DNA from: Proteromonas lacertae
Lineage: Eukaryota
Direction: 5' to 3'
NCBI GenBank assembly: GCA_002245135.1
Contig: NGBS01000888.1
Coordinates: 1-64,000 of the forward strand
DNA: 64,000 nucleotides
Shown here: piece by piece, positions 27,001 to 40,900 of the stretch
Layout of the letters: each line of letters opens with the position of its first letter
How positions within the stretch are numbered: the stretch's first letter is position 1
Notes under the pieces: model-generated
Database searches by the model: none
Seen by the model: only the letters and a program-made list of their open reading frames with translations
What the model was told of the DNA's origin: nothing
Made by a program: the position numbers and the translations under genes

Positions 27001-30000
27001 ATAATTGAGATAAAACAAAGCATCAATACAGTTGATAATGATTATAAAGTAATAACCATTCCAAATGTTGATTTAACAATAGAGAATATAGATAAAAGTG
27101 GAATAGAAATAGAAAGAAAATGTAAAAATGAGATAAATGAAGGTGAGAAATGTCCAATCTTATACAAATTAACTTCGAAACCAACAAATCCAGTAACAAT
27201 CTCAATAAATATGATAAATGAGAATAAGAATGTTAAGTTAATAAGTAGTAGTAATAATATAGATATATTAGAAAATGGTTGGAATAGTCAATATTTAATA
27301 GATTATGAATCAACTCATGATAATATTCAATATGGTAATTCAAAAGTGATAATAAGCTATACAGTCAGTTCAATAGATGTAAAATATAACTCAATAGTAT
27401 TAGAAAATGATGAAATAATGATAAATAATATCGATGTAGCTTCAGTGGATATAAAATACTATTTCCCAGTTCCATTTTATGAGACTTTAGATGGAATAAT
27501 TCGAATCTCTTTAGGTTGTAAACCAGAAACAGCTTATTCAATAAAAATAGAAGTATCTGATAATCGAATAAGTACAAGCCAATCAACAATAATATTTGAT
27601 AATTCAAATTGGAATGAAACAATTGAAGTGAAGATTAATCCATCAAAATCATTATTAAGTGATGGAAATAAAGATTTGTATTATATAAGTTATCAGACTG
27701 ATGGTGATTCAACGTTTAAAAGTATAGTGTTATATCTAAGTGAAATGAAAATATATGATTTAATATCAACATTAATAGTAGAAAATAAAATATTTGATTA
27801 TATAAAAGAAGGTGAAAAAGGAGAAATATTCTACTATTTAAGTGAAAGACCAACAAGTTCAGTAGATGTTTATATTCATTGTCCATCTTCAATCGATTGT
27901 AAGATAGAGAATAATGAAAATGAAAATGATTTAAAGATTCGATTTAATCCAATAAATTACAATAATAAGATTCGAATGATAATAAGTGTATATGAAGATG
28001 TAATAGCTCGAGGTAATTATAGTGAAGAAATAAGATATGAATTAAAGAGTAATGATGAAATCTATAATAATCAAGAAATAATTCCCACAATAATCTCAAT
28101 TCATGATGTAACAATTCCCTCAATAAGTGTAGTTTCTTATTTAGCAAATCCATTTTATGAGAATAATAATGGATATGTAAATCTGATATTAAATAGTAAA
28201 CCAAATGATATAATTAGATTATATTATATGTGTAGTTCAAATATAAAATGTTCAACAACAAATGAGAATGAGAATGAAGATGGATTAATAATAATAAAAG
28301 CCGATGAATGGTTTATTCCAAAAGTATTAAATATAAAGAGTGAAAGTGATAATGAAGTAAAGAATGAGAATATGAATGGTGTAATTGGTTTTATAAGTCA
28401 AAGTAATGATATATTTTATAATAATATAAAAATCGATGATTTTGTATTTGAAATAATAGAAAATGATAAAGCTGAATTGATATTATCAAAGAATCTATTA
28501 CAGTTATATACCAATAATAATAATAATAATAATAATATAAATTATAAAGCAACATTCAGTTTAAGATTATCAACCAAACCATCAGATTCAGTAGAAATTC
28601 AGTTTAATTATGATGAAACGTTGATATTGTTAAATGAAAGTTCAATCTTATTTAATGGAGATAATTATAATGTTGAAAAAGAGATAGAAGTGAAATACAT
28701 AAGTAATAGTTTTTATATTTATCCATTTGGTAGTTCAATCGGATTTAAAGTCAATTCAAATGATGTAAATTATAAAAATATGAGTGTTCCAACATTGAAA
28801 TTGATAATAAAAGATGAAATAATAAGTGATATAACAAAGCCACCTAAAATGATATTAGCAAAATTAGAAGAATCTGATGATATAATAAAGTTAGTATTTG
28901 ATAGTGATTGCTATGTAAATGATATGGGCAAATATCGAAAGTATGATTGTAATGGTTTATTTAGTAATAAGACAATGTTATTATTAGGAATGAATAGTAG
29001 TTGTGAATGGATATCAAATAATGAGATGAATATATACCTAGGTAATATAAACTATAACAGTGAAATAAATGAGAATAGTGTAATAGAATTAAATGAAGAT
29101 GGAAATCGAGGAATAAAAGGAAGTGAGAATAGTATATTATATTCAACAGGAAAGATTATAATAAGTTTGCGAGAATCTGTTCCTAAGATGATATCCAGTC
29201 AATTCTCTTCAAGTGGAGTATCAATTTTAGTGTATTTTGATCGAGATATTTACAGTGAATTATTGAATAATAATGTAAATGGAAGTGTTGATTGTTCATT
29301 ATTGTTTGTGAATAATAATTTAGGTTATGGTTGTTATTGTCAATTCAGTTCAAAGAATTCAATTCGAATAACTTTAGGAATAAGTGCAACAATAATACCT
29401 GAAGATATATCTATTAATAATAATGAATGTGATGAGAATAAATCCTTGTATTTGATAGATAATATGATAAAATCCACATTATCAAGTAAATATGGTTCAA
29501 GTGGATGTATAAATGTTTTATTACCCAATGAATTACCAATTCCTTATCCAGTAATAAGTGGTTTTACTTCAATATCATATTGTAGTGATATAAGATTTGA
29601 TGGAAGATTAACAACTCAAACAGCAGGAAGAGATGGTGAAATGAAATGGTATTTAGAAAATATAACCAATATAGTTGAATCAGAAAATACAATGGATGAA
29701 AGAATCAATAAAATAATAGAAGATTGTAATAGAATAAACTGTAAAATAGTCAATATTCCATCTCACACCTTATCTCCAGGTTATTATAAATTATCATTAA
29801 AAGTAAAGAATTACTTAAATCCAATGTCAAATATAACATCTCATTATTTCCATGTCAAAGCAATAGGAATTCCTGAAATAAGTGTAGAAGGTTCAACAAT
29901 AAAAGAAATGTCAAATAATGAAGATATGTATTTAACAGTTCGTGGTTATTGGCCTGAATGTTATGAAACAGATAAGAATGATTTTCGATTTATTTGGGAT

Positions 30001-33000
30001 ATTTATAATGTGAATAATGATAAAATCGATATAAACAATTTCTTAACAAATGATAATAAAACACTTTATATAAAATCGTTTTCATTAGAAATTGATATTT
30101 ATTATATAACAGCTACAACTTATATTGAAGGAAATCCATCAATAAAGTCGAATATAACAATAGAATTGAATATAATAGCAAAGAAATTATCTTGTATAAT
30201 AAAAGATGGAAACCGTGAAGTAGGAAGTGATAATAAATTAATATTAAATGGAAGTTTATCAATTGATCCATCAGATCCATTTAATGACTATGGTGAATTA
30301 AATTATGAATGGAAATGTAGTAATTACAAAACGGGTAAGAATTGTCCATCTTCAATAATATCACCTCAAAGTTCAATATGGTATATTCCATCAGGAATAT
30401 TGAGAATTGGTGAAACTTATTTATTTGAATTAACAATAAGTAAAGAAGCATTTGGAATGAGTAGAATAAGTAAAGATGTTGTATTAATAACAATAATTGA
30501 AGGCCAACCACCAGATATTCATTTAACCACATCAAAAGAATATATTTTACCAAGTGAAATGTATGAAATAACAGCTGTAATAGAGCCAAGTCGAATAGAT
30601 GATAAATTATATTGGAGTTTAATAGAAAGTGATAAATCATTTGATGATATATTTATATTACCCTCAAATAACAATAATACAATAATGATAAAACCTAATA
30701 GTTTAACTAGAGGTTATAAATATGACTTAAAATGTACAGTGATAAGTAAATATGGTAAATCTTCAAATGTAATCGAATTATTAGTTCATAATGGTCCAAG
30801 TTCTGGTTATATAATTGCCGAAAATCGAAATGGAACAGAATTAAAGACATTATTCAAATTATCAAGTGATGGTTGGAATAGTGATTTACCAAGTAATTCT
30901 TATAGTTATAAATTTGCATATATTTATAAGAATGAAGAAATCTCATTGCAAAGTCAATATTCATCGAGTAATACAATATCTGTATATTTACCATGTGGTG
31001 ATAATGAAATAATTGTGTATGTAAAAGATGTTCATGGATATATAAGTAAAGGAATATTAGATATAAATGGTGAAAAAGTGATAATTCATGTAAATAAAGA
31101 TGAGAATCTAACAAAAGAAAAGATATATGAATTTATGGATAAAACCTTAAATGATGAAAGATATCGATCTAATTTTGATCATATAATAAGTCAAGTAATA
31201 ACAATCAGTCAATCAAGTATAGGTGAATGTGATAGAATAAAATGTGTAAATGGTAAATGTGTAGATGGAAAGTGTTTATGTAATGATAATTATAAAGGTG
31301 AATTATGTGATATTCCTGAAAGTATAAATGGTGGTTGGAGTGAATGGAGTGAATGGTCATTATGTAGTGCTTCTTGTGGTGGAGGTATATCCTATAAACA
31401 TCGTGAATGTAATAATCCTAAGCCATTGTATGGTGGATTAGATTGTATAGGAAATGAATATGAATCTGTAGTTTGTAATGATATTCCATGTGGTGATAAG
31501 AAGATAAATGGTGGATGGAGTGAATGGAGTGAATGGTCATTATGTAATTATGACTGTAAATCTGATGATTATGGTTATCATGAAGGTTATGAAGAAAGAA
31601 AACGAAGTTGTACAAATCCATCTCCAAGTATAAATGGTGATATGTGTATTGGTAATGAAATAGAAAGAAGAAATTGTAGTGTAATTTGTGATAGTAAAAT
31701 CAAATTATGTCCAAATGAATATCGTGATAAAAGTGGTAAAATATTTGGTAAAGCTTGTAGTGGTAATGGAAAGTGTTATTATAGTATATCTGGTGAAGAA
31801 AAGAATGAGAATTTCAAATGTAATGAAGGAGAAAAAGGTTGTTTTACATATTGTAAATGTGAAGATAAATATGAAGGTGAAAAATGTAATATATTGAAAG
31901 ATGAGATAAAAGAAAGAAAAGATTTAAATCATGATTTATTAGTATATATTGAACAAGGAATAAGCAATATAATATTGCGAAATGAATTATATTATCAATT
32001 GATAAGTTCGTTTAAGATCTTTGTAGAAGAAGCTAGTGAAATATATAATGAAGATTTAAAAGTGATATTAAGAATATTAAGTGAAAATATGAAATTATTA
32101 AGTAAATCAAGTGATATAATGGATAAGAATAATATAAAATCATTATTTGATGTAGAGAATAAGATTTATATGGAATTATATCGAAGTGATATAGAAAATA
32201 TTCCAAATGAAATTGAATATTTGAATGAGATGTTTAAAGATATAGAAAAACAATTATATGTTCAATATTACCCATCTGAACCAGCATTAGAATATAAGAA
32301 TGAATTATTTTCATATTATTTCTATAAAGAGAAAAGTTCTCCATATGAAAGTCATCGGATCAATTCTTTAAGTGTTTCATTACCAAAGAGTTATAGTTAT
32401 AATAATAATTATCGAAGTGTTCAACTAATTGATTGGATATTAAATCCATTTGTATCAAATGAACAATTGAATAGTTCAATAGTATCAATATCATTATTAA
32501 GTAATGAAAATGAGAATAATAATCTATCTTCAATAAAAAATAGTAAAAATGAAGATAATAAATATAATAGAGATAATGTAATAACATTTACAATAAAGAT
32601 TCCATCTCAATCTGATAGTCGAAATTATGAATGTGTATATTTTGATCCAATAAGTAAAGAATATCGAAGTAAAGGTGTAATATTGATGGGAATATATAAA
32701 GATAAAGCGAATGATACTTATATAATGTGTATGTCTTTACATTTAACAGAATTTGGTTCAAGACAAGCGAAATATGTTCCATCAGTGAATTTAGTAAATC
32801 CAATTAAAGATGCTTCTTTATTAGCCAATTATGATGTAAATTCGATGTTTGTTCCAATAATCTTAGGAGTGTTATTGTTATTCTTTATATTGATGTGGTT
32901 CTATTTACATAATAAAGATTGTGAAGCCTATGAAATATTTGCAGATAAACAGTATGAAATGTTTGCCAAAGCAGGTAAAATCGATGATTTACCTCCAGAG

Positions 33001-34368
33001 AAAAGTGGAATAGATGAATCAAGTATAAGTGTATTTTTCTCTCAATTGAAAAGTCAACATACTTGGATTGGTCCAATAATTGCTCCAAATGAGAATATAA
33101 TCTTAGTAAGTCGAGCTGAAAGATGTGTTTGCATATTTGCGATATTATTAACAGATATAGCTGTATTAGCAATGTTTCATGGTACAAGAACTGAATCTGT
33201 GACATTAATATTTACAACTGGAATAATCTCCGCTTTAATATCATTGCCTGCTTCAGTATTAATTCCTCATTGTTTCATGTTTGCTAATAAATTTTCTTCA
33301 GCAACAATAAAAGATTTTAATATCTTCAAAAGATTTGCAAAAGTAAAGAAATCAATAGATAATTCTTTGTTATTTAAACATGAAAGTGATGATGCAAATG
33401 AATCAAAGAAGTTGAGAATAAGATTCCATATAATGATTTCCACCTTTATTTTGTCATTTATCTATATAGTTTCTGTAATAATAGGATTTTTCACATTTGG
33501 GATAGACGGACTTGGATTTATGTTGTTTATAATAAATATAATCTATACAATCCATTCAATCTGTGGAGTAAAATTAGGTTCATCTGATTTCCTTCGATCT
33601 TTCAAGATATTCCTATGTTGTACAGTGTTATTATTAATAATGGAAATAGTATTTATTGGAATGTTATTTAGTTTTACCTCTGAAAGTAGTGGTGAAAATA
33701 TGTGGATATTTGGATATAAAGTATTAAAACCAGTAATCAAAGATATAGAAAGTTATGGTGAATGTTGTGGTTATTCTTCAATCTATAGATATGCAGTTCA
33801 TGATTGTATGAATCCCAATTTATTAGCAACTGGTTATAATCCAATAAACTGTATGAATACAGTAAGTAAATTATTGAAAGAATATTCTCCTTTATTATTT
33901 ATTTGGTTTATTAGTTCGATAGTAATAAATACCTATTTAGTAATATTATGTATAAAATTCTTAAGATTACCAGTTTATGTAGTAAAAGAAGATAAATTGA
34001 CAGTAAAAAAAGTGACAGAAGAACAAAGACATGCTGCTCATAAGATTCAAGGATGTTTATTGAAAGTAGTAGCAAAAAAGAATGCAATAAGAAGAGAAGA
34101 ATATAAGAAATGGTATAGACAAAGAAAAGATAGAAAAGCCTTGACAATGTTAGTATATACATTTACAATCGTTTATTGTATATTTATGATGTATTTGAAT
34201 TTATTATATGGAATTAAGTTTGGTAAAAGTCAATCAGTTGGATGGATAATAGCTTGTGTTGTAACGATATTAATCGATGTATTTATTCAACAACCAATAT
34301 TTATATTATGTAAATCAGTTGCTGGAACAACAATAATTCGAATAATAAGCATGGCAACTCATGTTTAA
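21059..34368 (+). CDS. Giant polycystin-1-like receptor, copy 2 (~4,426 aa if one frameshift is corrected): signal peptide, PA14-like domains, Calx-beta/cadherin-like repeats, REJ-like region, EGF, 2x TSP1, GPS, PKD1-type TM segments, tetraspanin-like module, IQ motif
   Basis: ATG 21059 and a 28-nt phase-1 intron (21117-21144) lead in frame into ORF 21201. A +1 base at ~25015 relative to copy 1 separates ORFs 21201-25055 and 25069-34368. Motifs: NGGWSEWSEWSLC twice (TSP1), CVYFD..CMSLHLTEF (GPS), SRAERC, YGIKFGKSQSVGW, GECCGY, AAHKIQ. Confidence 0.88.
21174..31409. repeat. Right arm of >10 kb inverted duplication
   Basis: Reverse complement of 1-10282. Identical shadow ORFs appear in both arms (e.g. 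4633-4845 and 26567-26779). Confidence 0.95.
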
Positions 34369-34419
34369 TATTATAATTAAATTATTATTATATTTTATTA
34401 ACAGCTGTGTGTTTGATTA

Positions 34420-34809
34420 TCACATTATACCCATCTTAGCATCAAAATTTCGATCTTTTATGTATTTTCGAGAAACTCTTCTCCAATAATTACCTTCCTC
34501 AGCTAGACTCAAATCATCAGTTCCTTTTCTTTCTATTTCTTCTATTGTTTTAACTGGTTCCTAACAAAACACAAAAATTAACAAAATATATACTGTTAAC
34601 CTCCACAACCATTCAGGATATTCTTTATCATCTAATTCTACAGGATCTTTACCTGTTTTTAGGATGTTTATTGGAATAACAGTTCCAACTTTGTTTAAAT
34701 GAATACTTCCACTTGATCCCTTCTTTGCAAATGCTGGTTTAGTTGCAGTTATAAAGTTTCGAATAAACAAAATACTGTTTTTCTTATTCATTGCTTTTAA
34801 AAATGACAT
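34420..34809 (-). CDS. MRPL54: Mitochondrial large ribosomal subunit protein mL54 (yeast L37-like)
   Basis: Contains [25 protein letters not shown] and, after a 33-nt intron (34561-34593), [15 protein letters not shown]. Basic N-terminal presequence. TGA at 34420-34422. Confidence 0.85.
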
Positions 34810-34876
34810 TTTATAATTCAAGCTTTTGCTTGACAATTATTCTTTGTTTTTGTTATTTGATTGTCATATACAAAGA

Positions 34877-37781
34877 ATGAGTGAAGAAAATATAAATGAA
34901 TGGTACGATTTTACAGTGGTTAGTCCATTGGAGGAGTTTATTTTGAAGCTTGAAGAAGTGTTTCGAAGTTTGTTAAGCGGTAAAAGAATTGAAGCAACGA
35001 GTATGATATTTGTTGATATGTAATAGAATTGAAATTGAGTGGAAGTGAATATGAGTTAATTTATAAGAATGAGAGTGAGTTATTGGAATACAATGAAGAA
35101 AATGAATGTTATGATGGTCCAATAATAGAGTTATTGAATAATAGATATGATTTTGTTAAAAGTGATGTGGTTAGTAGTTTATTTGGTGTAAGAGAATACT
35201 TTGTTATTCATCGTATTGGTTCATCGAATTATGTTCGTTCTCTTTCGAATGAGACGTTAAAAACAATCGAAAGTGGAATATCTGTAGCAATGAATAATAC
35301 TCAATTAGATATACCAATATTTATAAGTGTATTTTTATATTCTATTTATTGATATAATTAAAATAGATAGATGAAAGTAAACAGTATTATACAGGAATGT
35401 GTAATTCAACCTATTTGTCAAACTATTCACTTCATTTTGATTCAACATTAGAAGTGTATAAATGTATTATATATTTAGAGATTCATTTTTATATTATTTG
35501 AATGAAGTGATAAAATATTTTATGAAAGAATGTAATTTAAAAGAAAGAGAGATAGGAAATCTAAGATTATCGTGTAAATATACATATTATTATATTCCAA
35601 ACAATTATACAAAGGATAAAGAGATTGATGTATAAATAGACAATATTATATCATTATAGTATGAATGGCAAAATGTGAATAAAATAAAATTGAATGAAAG
35701 AAATGAGAAAATAATAAAATATCTTGAAGGGCCAATAACAATTCCATTATGGGGAACAATGATAAATCCAATAAATATATTATTAGTTGATGTAATTTGG
35801 AATGATTTGAAAGTGATTTATGAAGATAATAGAAGAAGTCAAATGGATGTAATGAAAAGTAAGAGATGGTTATTATCTGGAAATTGGAAAAGTAATATAG
35901 AAAATCCATTGTATAATGGTTTAAAAGAATTATTGAAGATATATAATCAATCAAAAGAGAAAGGAAATGTGTTAATAAAACAGTTGATTCGAATAAAAGA
36001 TGATGTAATTCCAACTCCAATTTATGATAAGAATGAGCATGGTTCACAAACAGCTGCAATATTAGGATCAACAGTTGGTTATTTAGCAAGAAAATTAATC
36101 GTATTTATTATGTTTAATAATATGAAATAGCTTTCAAGAAGACAAAAGAAAATGAAGAATAAAGATGGTGATAGTAATAATGAAGTAGATAATGATAGTT
36201 TATTAATAAATGAACTAATCAAAGAAATATTTCAGAATTCTTATTTAATAGATGAAGAAAATGAAAGTAATGATATTCCTAATACAAAAGAGAAAAGTCG
36301 AATAGATAATTTATTTTATTATATTGATAGTTTACCAGGAATTGATTCAATATTTAGTTTATTTACATTGAGATGTATAGATTTAAATGAAATTACTTTA
36401 TCAAGTGTATGTGAATTATATATTGAGTTTGTAAAGAAATGTAGATGGTATTGGGATAATGTATATTATTATTATTATTATTATTATTTAGTCTTTACTA
36501 ATCCCAAATCTTGGAATTCCCTTATCTGAAGATGGAAAGAATAGAAAGAATTTACCAATAAAACCAGATTTAAACAACTTAATAATATATCAAAAATTAC
36601 AGTTATTGAATTGTTGTATAGATTTGAAACAGAGATTAGAATATAAGAATTGCTTATTAGAAAGAGATAGTGATGGTGAAATCTTTGAAGATGCAATAGA
36701 TGATGAAATAGGTATAGGAATAAAAGAAGAGAGTGAAATAAAGTTATTAAAAGTTGATAAAAAGATGAATATCCCAATAACTCAAGAAGAGATGTTATAT
36801 ACAAGTGATATAATCCATCAACAAGAGACATTATTGAGTGGTTTAGGTGATAGTGATGAAGCATCAAAAATTCGAAATCAATTACAATCAATAGCATTAG
36901 AAAGTGATATGATGGCATTTAAAGCAGCTAATCCTGGTTGTATAATCGAAGATTTTGTTCGATGGCATTCTCCAAAAGATTTAATAATAGAAGATGATGG
37001 TAATTATCATTTAAGTGAAAGAATGTCAAAAGAAAACAATTTATGGATTCAATTATGGAATAAAAGTAAAGCAGAAAGTGTAGATAAACAGAAACAATTA
37101 TTTGATCCAATAAAAGAAGGTGAAAAAGTATTAAATTATTTGGAGAATATAAAACTAAGTGATTTATTTTATGAAATATTATTAACCTATTTTTCAACAT
37201 GTTTATTTATCTATGAAAATTGTGATAATGAAAGTGTAAAAATGAAGATAATAGAAGATAAAATAAAAGAAACAAAAAGTGAATTAATTGTATATTTGTA
37301 ATATTTATAATGAAAAATAGAGAATAAGAAATCATAGTGTGACATTATCTAAAGAAGAAAATATGAAAGAATATGTTGATTTAATGGATAATTACAAATA
37401 CATTGAAGAATTATTATCCAAATCTACATCTTTGTTATATTCATTTAATAATAATGTATAAACATTAATTTATATAATAATAATTAGAAAGAATTGGTAG
37501 AAAAGATATTAAATATGAGTATAAAAGAAGATGATGATGTAGAAGGAGAAGAATATTTCCATATAAAAATAGAAGAAGAGAAAGATAAAAAGAGTTTGTT
37601 AAAGATATATGATTTTGAATTAAAAGAAGATGAAACAGTGAAAATAGATCCAGATTATAAAGAGATAATAATAAGATATAAAAGTGAGAATAAAGTTAAT
37701 CCAATATATCGTTTCTATTTAAGAACAGGTGAGAGTGGTCCATCAGTGATTTCTTTGAGTGAAGTAGATTATGAGACTTAA
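34877..37781 (+). CDS. RAB3GAP1: Rab3 GTPase-activating protein catalytic subunit, multi-exon
   Basis: N-terminal DFTVVSPLEEFILKLEEVF and the catalytic-region signature ESDMMAFKAANPGCIIEDFVRWHSPKD..LSERM. Multiple short GT-AG introns link ORFs 34826-37781. Confidence 0.9.
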
Positions 37782-37903
37782 TAAAATTATTATTTATCTG
37801 TTTGATTTGTTGAGTTGATTATAAAAATGATAAGAATTTGTAATATCAATCATTCTGTGTAAAAATAAAATGAAATTGAAACGAATAAATATTTTGAAAC
37901 AAA

Positions 37904-40900
37904 ATGTTTTTTTTAAATTCTTTCGCAGATGATGTATTTTGCTCAATTCTACCATCTGAAACTCAAGTATTTTGATTGATTTATATTTTATAGATAAAAG
38001 AGAGGAGAGAAAAAAGTAGAAATGAGCTAGATTTGGTTGTACAACATGGAAATACTATTAGGATGGTAAAAATTGTAAATGTTGTTGGATTAAAAGAGAA
38101 GAATATTTTAAAATTCCATGAAAATCACTCATTTCTGAAGAAATGTTGTTCAGGAATTGTAAACCCTTCTAGAATACTTCAGATGAATATTAGTAATGAC
38201 TTTGTATTAATAACACGAAAATACTACTCGAGAGATTTAGAAGAGATAAATCAAAGTAAATTCTTATCTGATGGTGATATCTGTAATATGATATGTTCAA
38301 TATGTGATATTATGATGATATTATGTGAATATGGAATAGTGGTTTGCAATCTGAAGAGTTCAAATGTTATAATTGATATAAATAATAATAAAAAGATGTG
38401 TGATTTATGTTTGAATGAGTTGAGAAAAGAAGAAGATTTGAGAGTGTATGACTTGTGCTTCAAAAGCCCTGAAGAGATGAATGGATTGGAGTGTAATGAG
38501 AGAAGTATGGTTTGGTCAATTGGTTGTTTATTATATGAAATGATAAACAAAAGATTACCATTTAATGAAGATGATAACATAATTAAAACAATGAGCAATA
38601 TTATGAAATGCAAATACAGTATGTATATAAAATGTGATAATATGATGAAAGAAATGATAGAAAGGATGTTAAAAGTGAAAAATAAGGATAGAATGAGTTT
38701 GAAAGAGTTGAGAAAAGAAATGATAAAAATGAGTGAAATATTGAAAGATAAAGAAAGTAATTTGATGATATATAAAGAAAAAAAAGAAATATTGTTTAAT
38801 GATGATTATGCAATTATTAAATTTCCAATAATATATCCATCTGAATATTATCTTGAAAGTGATAAATGGAAAATTATTCGCAATAGATTGATAAAATCCT
38901 ACAATAAAGAGCCAAATGAAAGAGTTTTATCCATTTTAGTGATGATGAAATTATTAAAAAGTGATTATTTAATAAAAGATAAACTAAAATTTCAGATTTG
39001 TCATAAATGTAAAGATAGTAAAAAATGTTATTTAGATGAAAAAATATTCAATCTATTATATGATGATTATGGAATTATTAGAGTATATTCCTATTCTATT
39101 TGTCGTTGTGAAGAAGGAATGAGTTATTTGTTCAGCATAATAAAGCTAATCAATCCAAAGAAACTTAAATTTTGTATAATTTCAATCATTTTCTTGAATA
39201 TTCCAATTCAGTGTCAATCATTATTTGGATCATATTTTACTGAATTATCAAATCTAATAGAATTAGATATATTATTGTGTCATCTTTCTTTTCATTTCAT
39301 TGAATCATTTGTTAAATCAATTCCATCCACAAAATTGAAATATACAAATCTTACATGTATTTGTTATGATATATATTATTTGATATAGGCAATCCAATTG
39401 GTATAAATGGATTCAAATTGTTACTTCCATATTTATATTTATTTATAGATGGAAAGGATAATTTTATTGAGAATCTTTTTCAAATGAATCTTTACGAAAT
39501 GAATTTAGATGATGAATCAATGATATTATTATCCAAAGAATTATATAAATATCCAAATCTGAAATATATAAATATTACATGCAACAAAAAAATTCATTCA
39601 GCAGGATTAAAAGCTTTATTCTCAAAATTTCCTATTTCAAAGATCAAATTCAATTTTAATGGAAGTAAAAAATTACTGATTGATAAAGAAATTCCAGAAT
39701 TAATCAAATACCTTAAAGATCATAATAATGAATTGAAATTGAGTGATTTAGAGATAGATGATTGTTTCTTTAAAGCATTAATTTCTTTAAGATCAAAAGA
39801 ATTGAAAAACATAATAATATTAGATTTAAGAAGTATGATTTTAATATTTTTATTTTATTTAGATAATAACCTCACATATAAAAGTATAGAAGTAATGATA
39901 GACAATGTATCTTCAGTTCCGAATCTTCGCTATCTTGAATTGTATGGTAATAAAATAGGAGATGAAGGAATGAAAATATTATCTCCACATTTGCATTTAT
40001 TAAAAAATGATGATAGAATTTATTGTAATAGTATTATAATTGCTATTATATATTAAATAAAATTAGGATTATCTTCTATTGGATTAAAATATATATTAGA
40101 TGGTTTAAAGAATATTCATGGAAAGAGAAAGCTTGATATAAGTGATAATAATATTGATTCATCTGGACTAGAGTATTTGATGAATTATGAGAAAGAGAAT
40201 CACAAAATAAAGTACATATTCATTCACAGTATGTATGTATATACTATTTTTGAAATAGATAATCCAATTGGTAATAAAGGATTTAAATTATCGTTAAATA
40301 AAGTAAAAATGTTAAATATTGTTCGTGAGATGAATTTGAGTAATATCTCAATAGATGATGAAAGTGTGATGCTATTATCAGAAAAATTAGATTCAATTGG
40401 ATATTGTGAAGCAATAAATCTAAAAGGAAATAATATTAAAATGGTTGGATTAAAATCAATGTGTGAAAAATCATTAGAAAAAGAAGATTATCCATTTATA
40501 AAGATGAAATGTTTATCATGGACAAATGAAGAGTTTGAATATTATTTGAATTATTGTATTATAAAGAAAAGAAGAGATTATAGGGAATATGATTTTTCAA
40601 GTATAAATTCTCATCATCTAATGAAATAGATATGAATATTAATGATTCTCATATTTCCATAATTAAACAGTTAGATTATGAAAAACTTGATTTGTCAAAT
40701 AACAAAATTACCATTAAAGGATTTATAGAATTAATGGAAATGTCTAAATGGGCATTTATATTCATATCTAATAATCCAATTGGAGATGAAGGAATAGAAA
40801 TTATATATAGATATATAGGTAAATTTGTATATCAATACACATTAAATTTTTCAAGTATTTAATTAACTATGTTTATTCTTCTAATTCAAATAGATATTGG

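Noticed and set aside
28513..28535. (AAT)n tracts and (TA)n runs (also 47240-47260, 44805-44825, 51815-51835)
   Set aside because: Ordinary poly-Asn codon repeats or intronic microsatellites, not a spacer array. No CRISPR, tRNA or rRNA was recognised in the window.
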